From the NCBI GenBank assembly GCA_963816185.1, contig CAWFJJ010000029.1, positions 403,353 through 467,352 on the forward strand: DNA of 64,000 nt, in the 5' to 3' direction. Both the position numbers and the translations under genes were made by a program. Source of the DNA: Thermoanaerobaculia bacterium (GTDB lineage Bacteria > Acidobacteriota > Thermoanaerobaculia > UBA5066). The notes beneath the pieces are model-generated. The model had not been told where the DNA came from, did not search any database, and worked only from the letters and a program-made list of their open reading frames with translations. This document shows positions 31,119 through 40,164 of this stretch, piece after piece (the first letter of the stretch is position 1; each line of letters starts with the position of its first letter).

Positions 31119-31818
31119 GCTTCGTCATCGGCGTCGAGCTCGGCCAGGTCTCGGACGTGACGGCGATCGCCGTCGTGGAGTCCCTGACGCTGCCGTTTCT
31201 CAGGAGCGAGGAGATCCGCGAGAGAACGCTGGGTGAGCGTGCGGCCCGTCTACCAGGGCCCCGGACGGGACCGAGACGCGCGAGCACCCTCCCGTGAACT
31301 TCGCCCTCCGGCATCTCGAGAGGATCCCGGCGGGCGTGTCGTACCCGGAGATCGTGAGCCGGGTCGAGGCCCTTCACCGGCAGCTCAGAAAGCCAGTCGA
31401 CCGTCCTCGACGGCACGGGCGTCGGGAAGGCGGCCGTCGAGCTGTTTCGACAGTCGGGCTTCTACGTCGTCCGTCTTCACGCTGATCGCAGGGGACCAGA
31501 TGATGCAGGACGGCAGCAACTACCGGATCCCGAAGAGGGACGTGATCTCGTCGACGCAGGTTCTGCTCCAGACAGGGCCGCCTCAAGATCGCCCGATCGC
31601 TGCCGCACGCGGCTCTACTGGCCCGCGAACTCGTCAACTTCCGCTTCAAAGTGGGTCAGGACCGGTCCGAAGACGTCCTCGACTGGCGCGAGGGGCCGGA
31701 CGACGATCTCGTCCTGGCGCTCGCGATCGCGGCGTGGGAGGCAGAGCGAGACCCGGATCTGGCGTCGTCGTTCGGATATGGCGTTTCGGAGACGGCGGGG
31801 TGGCGCGGGATCTTCTAG
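31115..31818 (+). pseudogene. terminase nuclease domain paralog, copy 2, frameshifted
   Basis: FVIGVELGQVSDVTA, LDGTGVGK, IPKRDVIS, ELVNF, GPDDDLVLALA. Confidence 0.7.
31626..31791 (+). repeat. ~166-bp direct repeat, copy 1 (3' end of nuclease paralog)
   Basis: About 80% identical by eye to 33986-34151. Confidence 0.85.
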
Positions 31819-31953
31819 TGAGAGAGTCGAGCCACCATCTTCTCGTCGAGCTGATTACGACGGGCAGATTCAAGAGCCGGTACTGCTACCCGCAGATGGC
31901 GGCGATGACGAAGCGGATTCGCGAAATTGTGAATCGTACGGCCGGCGGCGACA

Positions 31954-32853
31954 TCAAGTATAGATCGGCCCGAGTTGAATGTGGCGGATGCGGAAACTCT
32001 TGCCGCTTGGGATCGGTTCCAGCGCGAAGACGAGTCGTTTGAGAGGGCCGTCGGTAAGCGAAAGCCATCGGAGGATCAGGCTGGCCTTCTCTGAGAGGTC
32101 TGGCGCGGGCAGGTGTATGTGTGAGACATCGGGCGCGCGGGCCAAGAAGTCCGCAATTCCGCCGGCGGCGAGGTCCGCCGGTGCGACGAGGTCCTCGGCG
32201 CGGAGCTGGTCGGACTCGGTTGAGATCGGCTTTACCTCGACCGTTGCGAGTCTCCGTTTGTAGAACGCGTCGCACGTCTGACCGAGGAAGAGGAGAAAGT
32301 CTTCCACGTGTTGCTCGTTCGACAGCGTCTCGTCGTTGTCGGACACCCAGTGCAAGTGGTCGAGGATCGGGGCGAGCCCAGCCAGGAAGAACGTCACGAT
32401 GCTGGTGAGGCGCGCAACGCGCTCGAATGACGTCGCGCTCCAGTACTGGTAATTGTCGTAGCGCGGCGACGAACTCAGAAGCTTCTTGTCATAGGTGAAG
32501 AGGCTATTGATCGCAGTGTTGACTCCTACGGTCACGAGCACGCCCTCTAGCGCATCTGCCGCCCGGAGGAAGTCCGACAGCGAGCGGAGACGGACGGCAT
32601 CGGAGAGCCTTTTGTAGGAATACGTACGTCCATGGTCATGGCGGCGTCGATGCTCGGCGCGAAGCCGCTGCCAAGCAGGGAGGGAGTCGGCGGAGGCGAG
32701 GAGGAACGAATACGTTTCGTACGGCGATCCCCGATGCTGACCGCTGTAGTCGGATGCCACGAAGAGGCGGCTGCACGTCGAGAGACTGGGGAGGATGGGA
32801 GGATCGATGGCATCCATGCGCCCCATGACGACATCAAATGAGTTCCAGAACAT
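31954..32853 (-). CDS. hypothetical protein, possible RNase H-like (DUF3800-like) fold
   Basis: Uninterrupted ORF with FVASDYSG, WVSDND and EDL...ADLAAG acidic motifs. Confidence 0.6.
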   Translation of the reverse strand: MFWNSFDVVMGRMDAIDPPILPSLSTCSRLFVASDYSGQHRGSPYETYSFLLASADSLPAWQRLRAEHRRRHDHGRTYSYKRLSDAVRLRSLSDFLRAADALEGVLVTVGVNTAINSLFTYDKKLLSSSPRYDNYQYWSATSFERVARLTSIVTFFLAGLAPILDHLHWVSDNDETLSNEQHVEDFLLFLGQTCDAFYKRRLATVEVKPISTESDQLRAEDLVAPADLAAGGIADFLARAPDVSHIHLPAPDLSEKASLILRWLSLTDGPLKRLVFALEPIPSGKSFRIRHIQLGPIYT

Positions 32854-33025
32854 GAAGCCAGGCGGAAGGTGACGCCAGTTTCTGGAACCGAGAATCGGGA
32901 TGCCCGCAAACATTTCTGGATGGTACCGCGGCCCGACTCACATCCAACAAGAGGGTTCACTGACGTTCTTGCAGGAGCACATGGGCCCCCAATGCTGTGT
33001 TCTCCGAGCGCCCTAGTCTTCATGG

Positions 33026-33850
33026 TCACGCTCTCGTGGCCCTATCGAGCTTCCGATGACTCAGGGACGCCAGGGTCAGGATGTCGAGGGCGTCCTGCTC
33101 GCTCATCGGCCACTCGATCTTCGGGTTGTGCGCAGTCGGATTGCGAATCGTCCCGAAGAGTCCGACGAGGAGATTCATGAAGCCGCGCTGTTCGCCTCGA
33201 TCGGTGTCTGTAGCAAGGGCGTTGATCGCGAGGATGGGGCTCCCAGGCGTCCCGAGTGGAGTCTTCCCAAGCGCGAACGCCTGTGTGATGAGCTCCGCGC
33301 CGTCACTAACGAGGCCGGACTTCTGACGAACCTTCGCTGCAATGCTCTTCATCGCCTCGAAGACGGCATGAAAGTAGTTCTCCTGGAGGAGTTCGGCCCT
33401 GCAGTAGAGAAGGACGTCGGGGTGAACGCCTCGGGCTTCGAGCGACGCCCGCAGTCGATTTGCACGAGCTAGGGCGTCGGTGAGATTCGAGGCAGCGCTG
33501 ACCCGGCGAAGCTGCCCGTCGTCTCCGAGTTCCATGCCGCGGAATGCGAGGATGGCGTTGAGCTTCTCACGCTGCACGGCGAAGAGGTCGGGCGATGCTA
33601 TGAAGCGGACTGGCTTCATGGCTCTGGTCAGGACCATGATCGCGTGATTCCCCATACCCTTCTGGTTCTGCATCTCGACGAGTGCGTTGAAGAGCCGCTT
33701 CCACTTCGTCATCTCGGGAGTTACGTCCGGGATCTTGCATTCGGCGAGGATGCGTAGGATTTCTCCGCCCGTGAGCCCATCCGTCGTGTCGGCAATGACC
33801 CGACAGAGCGACTCCAGGTGTGCGCTGTCGAAGGGAGGGATGTGATCCAT
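33026..33850 (-). CDS. TIGR02391 (Ymh) family protein with AbiJ-like N-terminal domain
   Basis: GLTGGEI, TKWKRL, NYFHAVFEA.K, DG..L, EQ.GF, G..RNPTAH (Rx4H HEPN-like). Confidence 0.85.
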   Translation of the reverse strand: MDHIPPFDSAHLESLCRVIADTTDGLTGGEILRILAECKIPDVTPEMTKWKRLFNALVEMQNQKGMGNHAIMVLTRAMKPVRFIASPDLFAVQREKLNAILAFRGMELGDDGQLRRVSAASNLTDALARANRLRASLEARGVHPDVLLYCRAELLQENYFHAVFEAMKSIAAKVRQKSGLVSDGAELITQAFALGKTPLGTPGSPILAINALATDTDRGEQRGFMNLLVGLFGTIRNPTAHNPKIEWPMSEQDALDILTLASLSHRKLDRATRA

Positions 33851-33985
33851 CGTCGGAACCGAACTCCTCTGAGCTCGATGCTACCGGAGAGAGTGCTGTC
33901 GACCGCTGGGCTGCCGAAGAGAGGCGTGGCGTCAACGATCGGTGTCTCCTGCCCGTTCCCTTCCGCACGCGGTTCTTTGGCCCCA

Positions 33986-34151
33986 CGAACTCGTAAAGTT
34001 CCGCTTCAAAGTGGGTCATGAACGGTCTGGAAGACGCCCTCGACTGGCGCGAAGGGCCCGACGACGACCTCGTTCTAGCGCTCGCGATCTCGGCGTGGGA
34101 GGCCGAGCGGAACCGGGCCTCGGCTTCTCGTGCGGGTACGGCGTGTCGGAG
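33986..34151 (+). repeat. ~166-bp direct repeat, copy 2 (orphan 3' fragment of terminase nuclease)
   Basis: Encodes DWREGPDDDLVLALAISAWEAE with no 5' part of the gene. Confidence 0.85.
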
Positions 34152-34245
34152 CTTCAGGGCTGGAAGGGCTTCTAGCATTGGTCGAAACGCGTGTTGACGG
34201 GGAGGCCGCACGGAAGTCCGCGTCTCCCACAGAGCCGCCTAACGC

Positions 34246-34469
34246 CGCGCGACGTTGGCCCACGTCGGGCGCTCGGAGGAGGGCTGAGTAGATAACCCTG
34301 GGTTAGAAACGGCGCGCCACGAATCGCACGTGCGCGTCGGGCGACGTGACTGCGCCTGCGACGTATTAAGTGCACTCCCTTAATCAGTTCCGAGATCGTT
34401 TAGACGCGCCGCGAGTAATGATTCCCGTGCGTCAGTCCGTCGAAACTGACCCCCCAGAGGTGGGTTATT
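34246..34469. repeat. right copy of ~220-bp block-conserved inverted repeat
   Basis: Reverse-complement match to the blocks in 21329-21550. Confidence 0.85.
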
Positions 34470-34800
34470 AACTGATCATGGTGACTCTCGCGGACCACTC
34501 GATTGAGGTCGGAATTCCGACTTGCGCCCGATCCCATAATCTGGCTCGAGATCCGGCCTCCGCGATCGGCTCCTAACCGTTTGAGGGTGGCGTCGATGCG
34601 GCCCGACGTATATCCCGTCAGTCTGACTAAATGACACGTTATCGGACCGTGTGTAGAGAACGGGGCGCAAGTGGCGAAGTGACCACTCAAGGTCAGGTTG
34701 ACCCGGCGTCCGTGGCGGCCTTCGCCTAGACCTTGCCGAACCTCGCGGTGCAGGTGTCCGTGTTGCTGAACGGTAGGCTGGCGTCTGCTCGTGGGTCAGA

Positions 34801-35070
34801 TCACCCTGGCTCGTCCATCGCCCCGGAAATCAAGGCAAGTGCCGCCCTCACGAGTCCATTCACGGGGCCGTTCTTGCCGAGCAATTGGCCGTTGACGTAG
34901 CCGCCGTCGATGAGAAGCACGAGCTGATCCGCCAGCAATGTGGATTGGCGCGCACCCATTCGCTTCGTCAGGTCGCCCAGACGTCGACGCAATTCGGCCT
35001 TGTGCGCGAGAGCGGCGGCGCGTGCCGGGTGGTCGGCGGCGGGGAATTCGGTCGCCAGGATGCGTCACGC
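34801..35070 (-). pseudogene. TetR family regulator C-terminal remnant
   Basis: HPAR..A..HK, LADQLVLLIDG; no HTH N-terminus. Confidence 0.55.
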
Positions 35071-35149
35071 TCATTTCGGCTTCAGCCTCTTGCGGGCGCG
35101 GTAGCGGGCGGCCCGAATTGCCTCTGGCGTCTTCCCGGTTCGGCGGGCC

Positions 35150-35402
35150 TTCTGCACGGCTGTTTCGTCCTTCGCCCGCGGGCACTCCGAACCGCCGAGC
35201 TCTGGTCATCGCGGGCGACGACCCGTCCGCAAAGGCCATGGTCACCGAGATGCTCGGCGCGTTTGGCTTCGATACGGTCGACGCGGGGCCGCTGAAGGAG
35301 GGCTGGCGCATTCAGCGTGACACGCCGGGCTACGGACCACGACACAACGCCTCGGAGTTGAGGAGGGACCTCGTGGCCGCGAAGCGGTATCGGGACATGT
35401 GA
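35150..35402 (+). pseudogene. NADPH-dependent F420 reductase-like C-terminal remnant
   Basis: RRALVIAGDD..AK, FGFDTVDAGPL.EGWRIQRDTPGYG; no N-terminal Rossmann motif. Confidence 0.65.
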
Positions 35403-35458
35403 CGCGATCGTCCAGCGCTCGGGCCGCGACCCGATCGGAAGGTCTCTCCACTCGCACC

Positions 35459-35491
35459 ACAGCCCCCGGCAATTCCCATCGCGCCCCTCCA
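35459..35491 (-). repeat. IS481-like terminal repeat copy
   Basis: acagcccccggcaattcccatcgcgcccctcca, a variant of the repeat family. Confidence 0.8.
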
Positions 35492-35546
35492 GGATTCTTT
35501 GTAAGGATCATAGACTTACGCGCCTCGGGATCCGTAAACTGTCTTC

Positions 35547-36785
35547 GTGGAGACCGAAGAGCTAAATCGGCTGATCCGCTCCCTCAACGAGGACCGGTGG
35601 AAGGACGACGCGCCGGGCGAGGAGCGGATCGAGCTCGTTGGCGGCGACAACGCCCCGTCCGCCCCCGAGCCGGCCTTCCCCTCGCCAGAAACGGCCGCGG
35701 ACCTCGACGTGGCGCCGCGTCTAGCCGCGCTCCTTTCGGAGACCCTCCGGCGCGGCGGGACCGACCTCCTCCTCGTGCCCGGCGCTGCTCCTACGATCCG
35801 CATCCACGGCCTCCTGGAGGCCGCGACGGCGGACCGGGAGCCTCTAGTGAGCGCGACGGCATGGGAACTCCTGGTCGGAGCGCTCTCTCCTGAACGGCGC
35901 CGCCATCTCGCGGAGAGCGGATCGGTCGATTTCTCGCTGCGCCTCGCGGGCTTGGGCCGGTTCCGCGTCAACCTCCATCGCACGAGGAGCGGCGCGGCTG
36001 CAGCGCTGCGGGCGCTGCCGCGCCGCATCCCATCGCTCGCCGAGCTCGGCTTGCCGGTGTCGCTCTACGATCTGACAAAACCCTCGCGCGGCCTCATCCT
36101 CATGACCGGAACAACCGGCTCCGGCAAGACTACGACGTTGGCGGCGCTCGTCGACCACGTAAACCGCACCGAGCGCCGCCATGTCGTCACGATCGAGGAT
36201 CCGATCGAGTACGAGCATGCCCATGCCCGGTCGGTCGTGGAACAGGTGGAGGTGGGCGTGGACGCTCCCAGCTTCGCGACGGCTCTCGTGGCGGCCCTGC
36301 GCCAGGATCCCGACGTGATTCTCGTCGGCGAGATGCGCGATCTCGAAACCACGCGCACGGCCCTCACCGCCGCCGAGACGGGCCACCTCGTCCTCGCGAC
36401 GCTCCATACGAACGACGTGCCCCAGACGATTCACCGCATCGTCGACCTCTTCCCTTCCGAGCAGCAGGCTCAGGTGCGCCACCAGCTCTCGCTTGCCCTT
36501 GCCGCCGTTGTCTGCCAGCAACTCGTGCCGCGCAAGGACGGCTCGGGGCGCGCCGCCGCCGCTGAGGTACTCTTGGCGACGGACGCCGTCCGAGCGTTGC
36601 TTCGGAAGGGCGCGCTGCATCAGCTCCATAACGAAATGACCCTCGGGCGAAGACTCGGGATGATGACGGCCGAAGACTCGCTTGCCGGGCTCGTCAGGTC
36701 CGGGGCGATCTCGGAGGAGGACGCGCGCCTGAGGGCCTCGCACCCCGAGGACCTCGCCTCGCTCTTGCGCTCCGAGGGACGGTAG
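35547..36785 (+). CDS. pilT: PilT/PilU family ATPase
   Basis: GRFRVN, GTTGSGKTTT, TIEDPIEY, ALRQDPDVILVGEMRD, AETGHLV..TLH. Confidence 0.88.
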   Translation: METEELNRLIRSLNEDRWKDDAPGEERIELVGGDNAPSAPEPAFPSPETAADLDVAPRLAALLSETLRRGGTDLLLVPGAAPTIRIHGLLEAATADREPLVSATAWELLVGALSPERRRHLAESGSVDFSLRLAGLGRFRVNLHRTRSGAAAALRALPRRIPSLAELGLPVSLYDLTKPSRGLILMTGTTGSGKTTTLAALVDHVNRTERRHVVTIEDPIEYEHAHARSVVEQVEVGVDAPSFATALVAALRQDPDVILVGEMRDLETTRTALTAAETGHLVLATLHTNDVPQTIHRIVDLFPSEQQAQVRHQLSLALAAVVCQQLVPRKDGSGRAAAAEVLLATDAVRALLRKGALHQLHNEMTLGRRLGMMTAEDSLAGLVRSGAISEEDARLRASHPEDLASLLRSEGR

Positions 36786-36800
36786 AGCCGCTGGTTCCTG

Positions 36801-37472
36801 ATGGCGCGCGAATGTAAACTAACGTCGATGGTCGTCACCCGCATGAAACAGGCCGCCGGGTCCACAGAACTCCACTATGCCGTTCGCGCCCTTTTCCTCC
36901 TTGCTATCGCAGCGACATGCGTGTCATGTCGCCGGCCCAATCCGACCCAACAGGTTATCGAGGGCTGGCATACGCAGGCCCCCAGCGACAACGGGTTCGC
37001 CGTTCGCTTGGATGACGCTACGCATAATGGGCGTCGGATTGTCGTTCTCACGAATGAAAGAAGTGACGCAACGGGGATTGGTACGATCGTTCGAAGGATA
37101 CCTGCCGCACCTTATCGCGGCCGCCGCCTTCGGTTTTCCGCTCTCCTACGCACTAAGGACGTGATCCGGGGCGCAGCCCTCTGGATGCGGATTGACGGAC
37201 CCGATCGGCCAGTCGCGTTCGACAACATGCAAGACCGGCGTGTCCTGGGAACTGTCGATTGGACTCAATACAACATCGTCCTCGACGTGCCACCAAACGC
37301 GCAGGAGATCGCATACGGCGTCCTTCAAGTAGGCTGTGGTTCAACGTGGATCGACGGCGCAGCCGTCACCCCTGTTGGAAACGACTTCGCCCCCACGAAT
37401 AAGCTCACGGCGGCTCAGCTAGCAAAGCTTCCCCCGCCTTCCGGCAAGGAATGCGACTGTGACAAGAAGTGA
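36801..37472 (+). CDS. putative exported protein with beta-sandwich (CBM-like) domain
   Basis: YRGRRLRFSA...ALWMRIDG...FDNM..R...GT.DW..Y.IVLDVP..A..I.YG. Start uncertain. Confidence 0.65.
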   Translation: MARECKLTSMVVTRMKQAAGSTELHYAVRALFLLAIAATCVSCRRPNPTQQVIEGWHTQAPSDNGFAVRLDDATHNGRRIVVLTNERSDATGIGTIVRRIPAAPYRGRRLRFSALLRTKDVIRGAALWMRIDGPDRPVAFDNMQDRRVLGTVDWTQYNIVLDVPPNAQEIAYGVLQVGCGSTWIDGAAVTPVGNDFAPTNKLTAAQLAKLPPPSGKECDCDKK

Positions 37473-37977
37473 TCTTCCGTCGACCAAGTCGACACAAGAC
37501 GACGGGTCACGGATCTTCCGAAGCAGAGAGACTCAACCTACTCAGGATACTCCGCCCGATCTCGCTTTACCGAACGTGTCACCACTCTCCACGAGCATGA
37601 TCGCCGTTACTGTGATTCTCCTCGGTCTCGTCTTCGTGGTCCTTCCACTCCCTCGCCATGTCGAACTTTCTGCGCGCGTAGTGCACGCCAACGTCACCAC
37701 CAATACCTGCGAGGTAGAAGCTTCGCTCCTCCGGATGATCGATCTCGACTTAACGCCGCCGTTCTTCGCGCACGTTCGAGGAGCCGACGGGTCACCCGGC
37801 CACGACGCGACGGTCGTTAGCGTCACCCGCCATGCCGCCACCGGGAGAGCCGTCTCGTTCGTCATCTCTCAGTCGCGGTGTACGGCGCCACCACCAGTCG
37901 GATCGGAATTCCGCATTCGGTTCACTGACAAACCCGCTCCGGCGCTTAGAGATCCCAGCGGGCACCGGCCGGAATGA
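37459..37977 (+). CDS. small membrane-anchored protein, possible HlyD-like accessory
   Basis: Single TM segment; overlaps both neighbours; coupled to the transporter by ATGA. Confidence 0.5.
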   Translation: MTRSDLPSTKSTQDDGSRIFRSRETQPTQDTPPDLALPNVSPLSTSMIAVTVILLGLVFVVLPLPRHVELSARVVHANVTTNTCEVEASLLRMIDLDLTPPFFAHVRGADGSPGHDATVVSVTRHAATGRAVSFVISQSRCTAPPPVGSEFRIRFTDKPAPALRDPSGHRPE

Positions 37978-40160
37978 GCCTCCCCTGGCGGCTGACCATC
38001 GGCCGCAAGCACGTTCCCGTAGTCCAGGGATCGACCGAAAACGACTGCGGAGCTGCATGCCTTGCAATGATTCTCGCTCACTATGGGCGCTGGATCGGCC
38101 TCTCTGAACTGCGTGACGCCTGCGGTGCGGGCAGGGACGGCACCGATGCGCAGCGGCTCCTTCAGGTTGCGCGCCAACAGGGCCTAGCAACGAGTTATGA
38201 CACTCGGCTAGAGCCTAGCGACCTTTCTACTCGCAACGGTCCAGCCATTCTCCATTGGGACTACAATCATTTCGTTGTCCTCGAGGAAATCAGACAAGGG
38301 CGCGTATCGATCGTCGATCCCGCGAGAGGTCGTAGAAGTATCACGATCCGCGACTTGGACGCACACATCACAGGGGTGGCGCTGTTCTTTCGTCCATCGC
38401 CCACTTTTCAACGACGCCGCCGGCCTCGGCGCGTTCTATTGCCATACATTGCGCGTCTCCGGCAATATCGTCCCATTCTGCTCTCGTTGCTGGTTCTCGG
38501 AATACTGGGACAGCTCACGGCCATCGGTATAGCAAAGGCCACCCAAGTCGTAATCGACGAGTCTTTGGCACGGTCTGATCGGCGGCTACTGCACGTCCTC
38601 TTTGCCGGCCTTTCGGCCACTGCACTACTCCAAGGTTGGATGGCGGTCGTTAGGTGGAGACTTTTAGCCGTGTTTCGCACACGTCTGGATTGCGATCTCA
38701 CCCTTGAATTCTTTCGGCACCTCCTGGCCTTGCCGTTTAGCTTCTTCGAGCAGCACCCCATCGGCGACCTTGTGATGCGCCTGAGCAGTAACTACGCGGT
38801 TCGCGATCTCCTTTCCGAACGGATTCTAGGGGTGCTCCTAGAGGGCTTCATGGTGGTCGTCTTAGCCGCCGCGATGTTTGTTGTTAACCCGTGGTTAGGT
38901 CTTTTGACCGTTGGCACTGGCGTCCTGCGACTTGCGGCGCTTGGCGCAATTCGGCGCCGCCAGCGTGACCTCATGCAGCAGAGTCTTGAGGCGCAATCGA
39001 GAACGCAGTCGTGCGCTGTTGAGACGCTTCATGGTATTCTGGGCATCAAGGCAGAAGGTACTGAGGAACGGGCGTTCCAGCGATGGAACGTTCGCTTTCT
39101 GGAGCAACTGCGGATAACGGTAGCCCTAGGCCGCGTACAAGTATCCGCAGACGCGGTTCTCGCCGCGTTGGCCGTGGCGGGCCCAGCCGTTCTGCTTCTC
39201 TCTAGTGCCTTGCTAGTTATGGCCGAGCAGCTATCATTGGGTGGTTTGGTGGGCTTTGCTGCGTTGGCGGCGGCGTTTTCTTCCCCTCTGCAGTCGCTCG
39301 GCGGTACGTGGTCGGCCTGGGAGATGGCGGGAACCCATGTTGAGCGGCTGGCCGAGGTGCTGGAGACCGAGCGCGAAGGAACCGGGGAGCAAAGTCCTCG
39401 TATCGTGCGAGGCGGTATCACCTTCGAAGAGGTCTCTTTTCGGTACGGGCCGCGCGCACCACTAGTTCTCAATGCGTTATCCTTCAGGATAGAAGCTGGC
39501 GGCTATGTGGCGGTGGTGGGTCCATCAGGGTCCGGCAAGTCCACCCTTGGTAAAATGCTACTGGCACTCTACCTCCCTGAGGTCGGGCGGGTCCTCGTCG
39601 ACGACACTGACCTCCGCGAACTGAATCTCAAGGATTTCCGCATGCAGGTCGGCTCAGTAATGCAGGAAGCAGTATTGGCCAGCGGCCCGGTTCGCGAATA
39701 CATCGCCAGCGGCCGACCAGTATCCGACGAGGACCTTTGCTGGGCGGCCCAGATGGCCGAGATCCATGAGGATATTCTCGCCATGCCGCTCGGCTACCAC
39801 ACAATGATCGCGGAAAATGGCGCGAACTTTTCGGGTGGCCAACGACAGCGCCTTGCCATTGCACGAGCCGTCCTCAGGCGCCCGGCGATCCTCCTCTTTG
39901 ACGAAGCAACAAGTGCCCTGGACGCAAATACTGAGGAGCGAGTCTTTAACAACCTGTACCATCTAGGCTGTACGCGACTCCTGATGTCACACAGGTACTC
40001 GACCATCAGCCGCGCCTCTCACGTCCTCGTCCTCAATAAAGGGGTCCTCGAAGAAGCCGGGCCACCCCTCGACCTTTTGCGGCGGGGTGGATTGTACGCC
40101 CAGCTCTTTCACTCCGCCGCGCAAGGATCGAGCTTGCCCGCAGAGCGTGTCCAGAAGTGA
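37974..40160 (+). CDS. lanT: peptidase C39-containing ABC transporter
   Basis: Q....DCGAACLAMIL, HWDYNHFVV, D, TM domain, GPSGSGKST, FSGGQRQR, FDEATS. Confidence 0.92.
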   Translation: MSLPWRLTIGRKHVPVVQGSTENDCGAACLAMILAHYGRWIGLSELRDACGAGRDGTDAQRLLQVARQQGLATSYDTRLEPSDLSTRNGPAILHWDYNHFVVLEEIRQGRVSIVDPARGRRSITIRDLDAHITGVALFFRPSPTFQRRRRPRRVLLPYIARLRQYRPILLSLLVLGILGQLTAIGIAKATQVVIDESLARSDRRLLHVLFAGLSATALLQGWMAVVRWRLLAVFRTRLDCDLTLEFFRHLLALPFSFFEQHPIGDLVMRLSSNYAVRDLLSERILGVLLEGFMVVVLAAAMFVVNPWLGLLTVGTGVLRLAALGAIRRRQRDLMQQSLEAQSRTQSCAVETLHGILGIKAEGTEERAFQRWNVRFLEQLRITVALGRVQVSADAVLAALAVAGPAVLLLSSALLVMAEQLSLGGLVGFAALAAAFSSPLQSLGGTWSAWEMAGTHVERLAEVLETEREGTGEQSPRIVRGGITFEEVSFRYGPRAPLVLNALSFRIEAGGYVAVVGPSGSGKSTLGKMLLALYLPEVGRVLVDDTDLRELNLKDFRMQVGSVMQEAVLASGPVREYIASGRPVSDEDLCWAAQMAEIHEDILAMPLGYHTMIAENGANFSGGQRQRLAIARAVLRRPAILLFDEATSALDANTEERVFNNLYHLGCTRLLMSHRYSTISRASHVLVLNKGVLEEAGPPLDLLRRGGLYAQLFHSAAQGSSLPAERVQK

Positions 40161-40164
40161 TCGG

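Larger units (their letters stand above)
21329..34469. mobile_element. integrative element with serine recombinase and terminase genes but no capsid genes, bounded by inverted repeats
   Basis: Lies just 3' of tRNA-Asn; gene content and flanking repeats are listed as separate features. Confidence 0.65.

Noticed and set aside
31626-34151. 166-bp repeat pair as a diversity-generating retroelement TR/VR
   Set aside because: No reverse transcriptase in the window, and mismatches are not adenine-specific but largely synonymous-type.
21329-34469. Complete prophage
   Set aside because: No recognisable portal, capsid, tail, lysis or replication genes.
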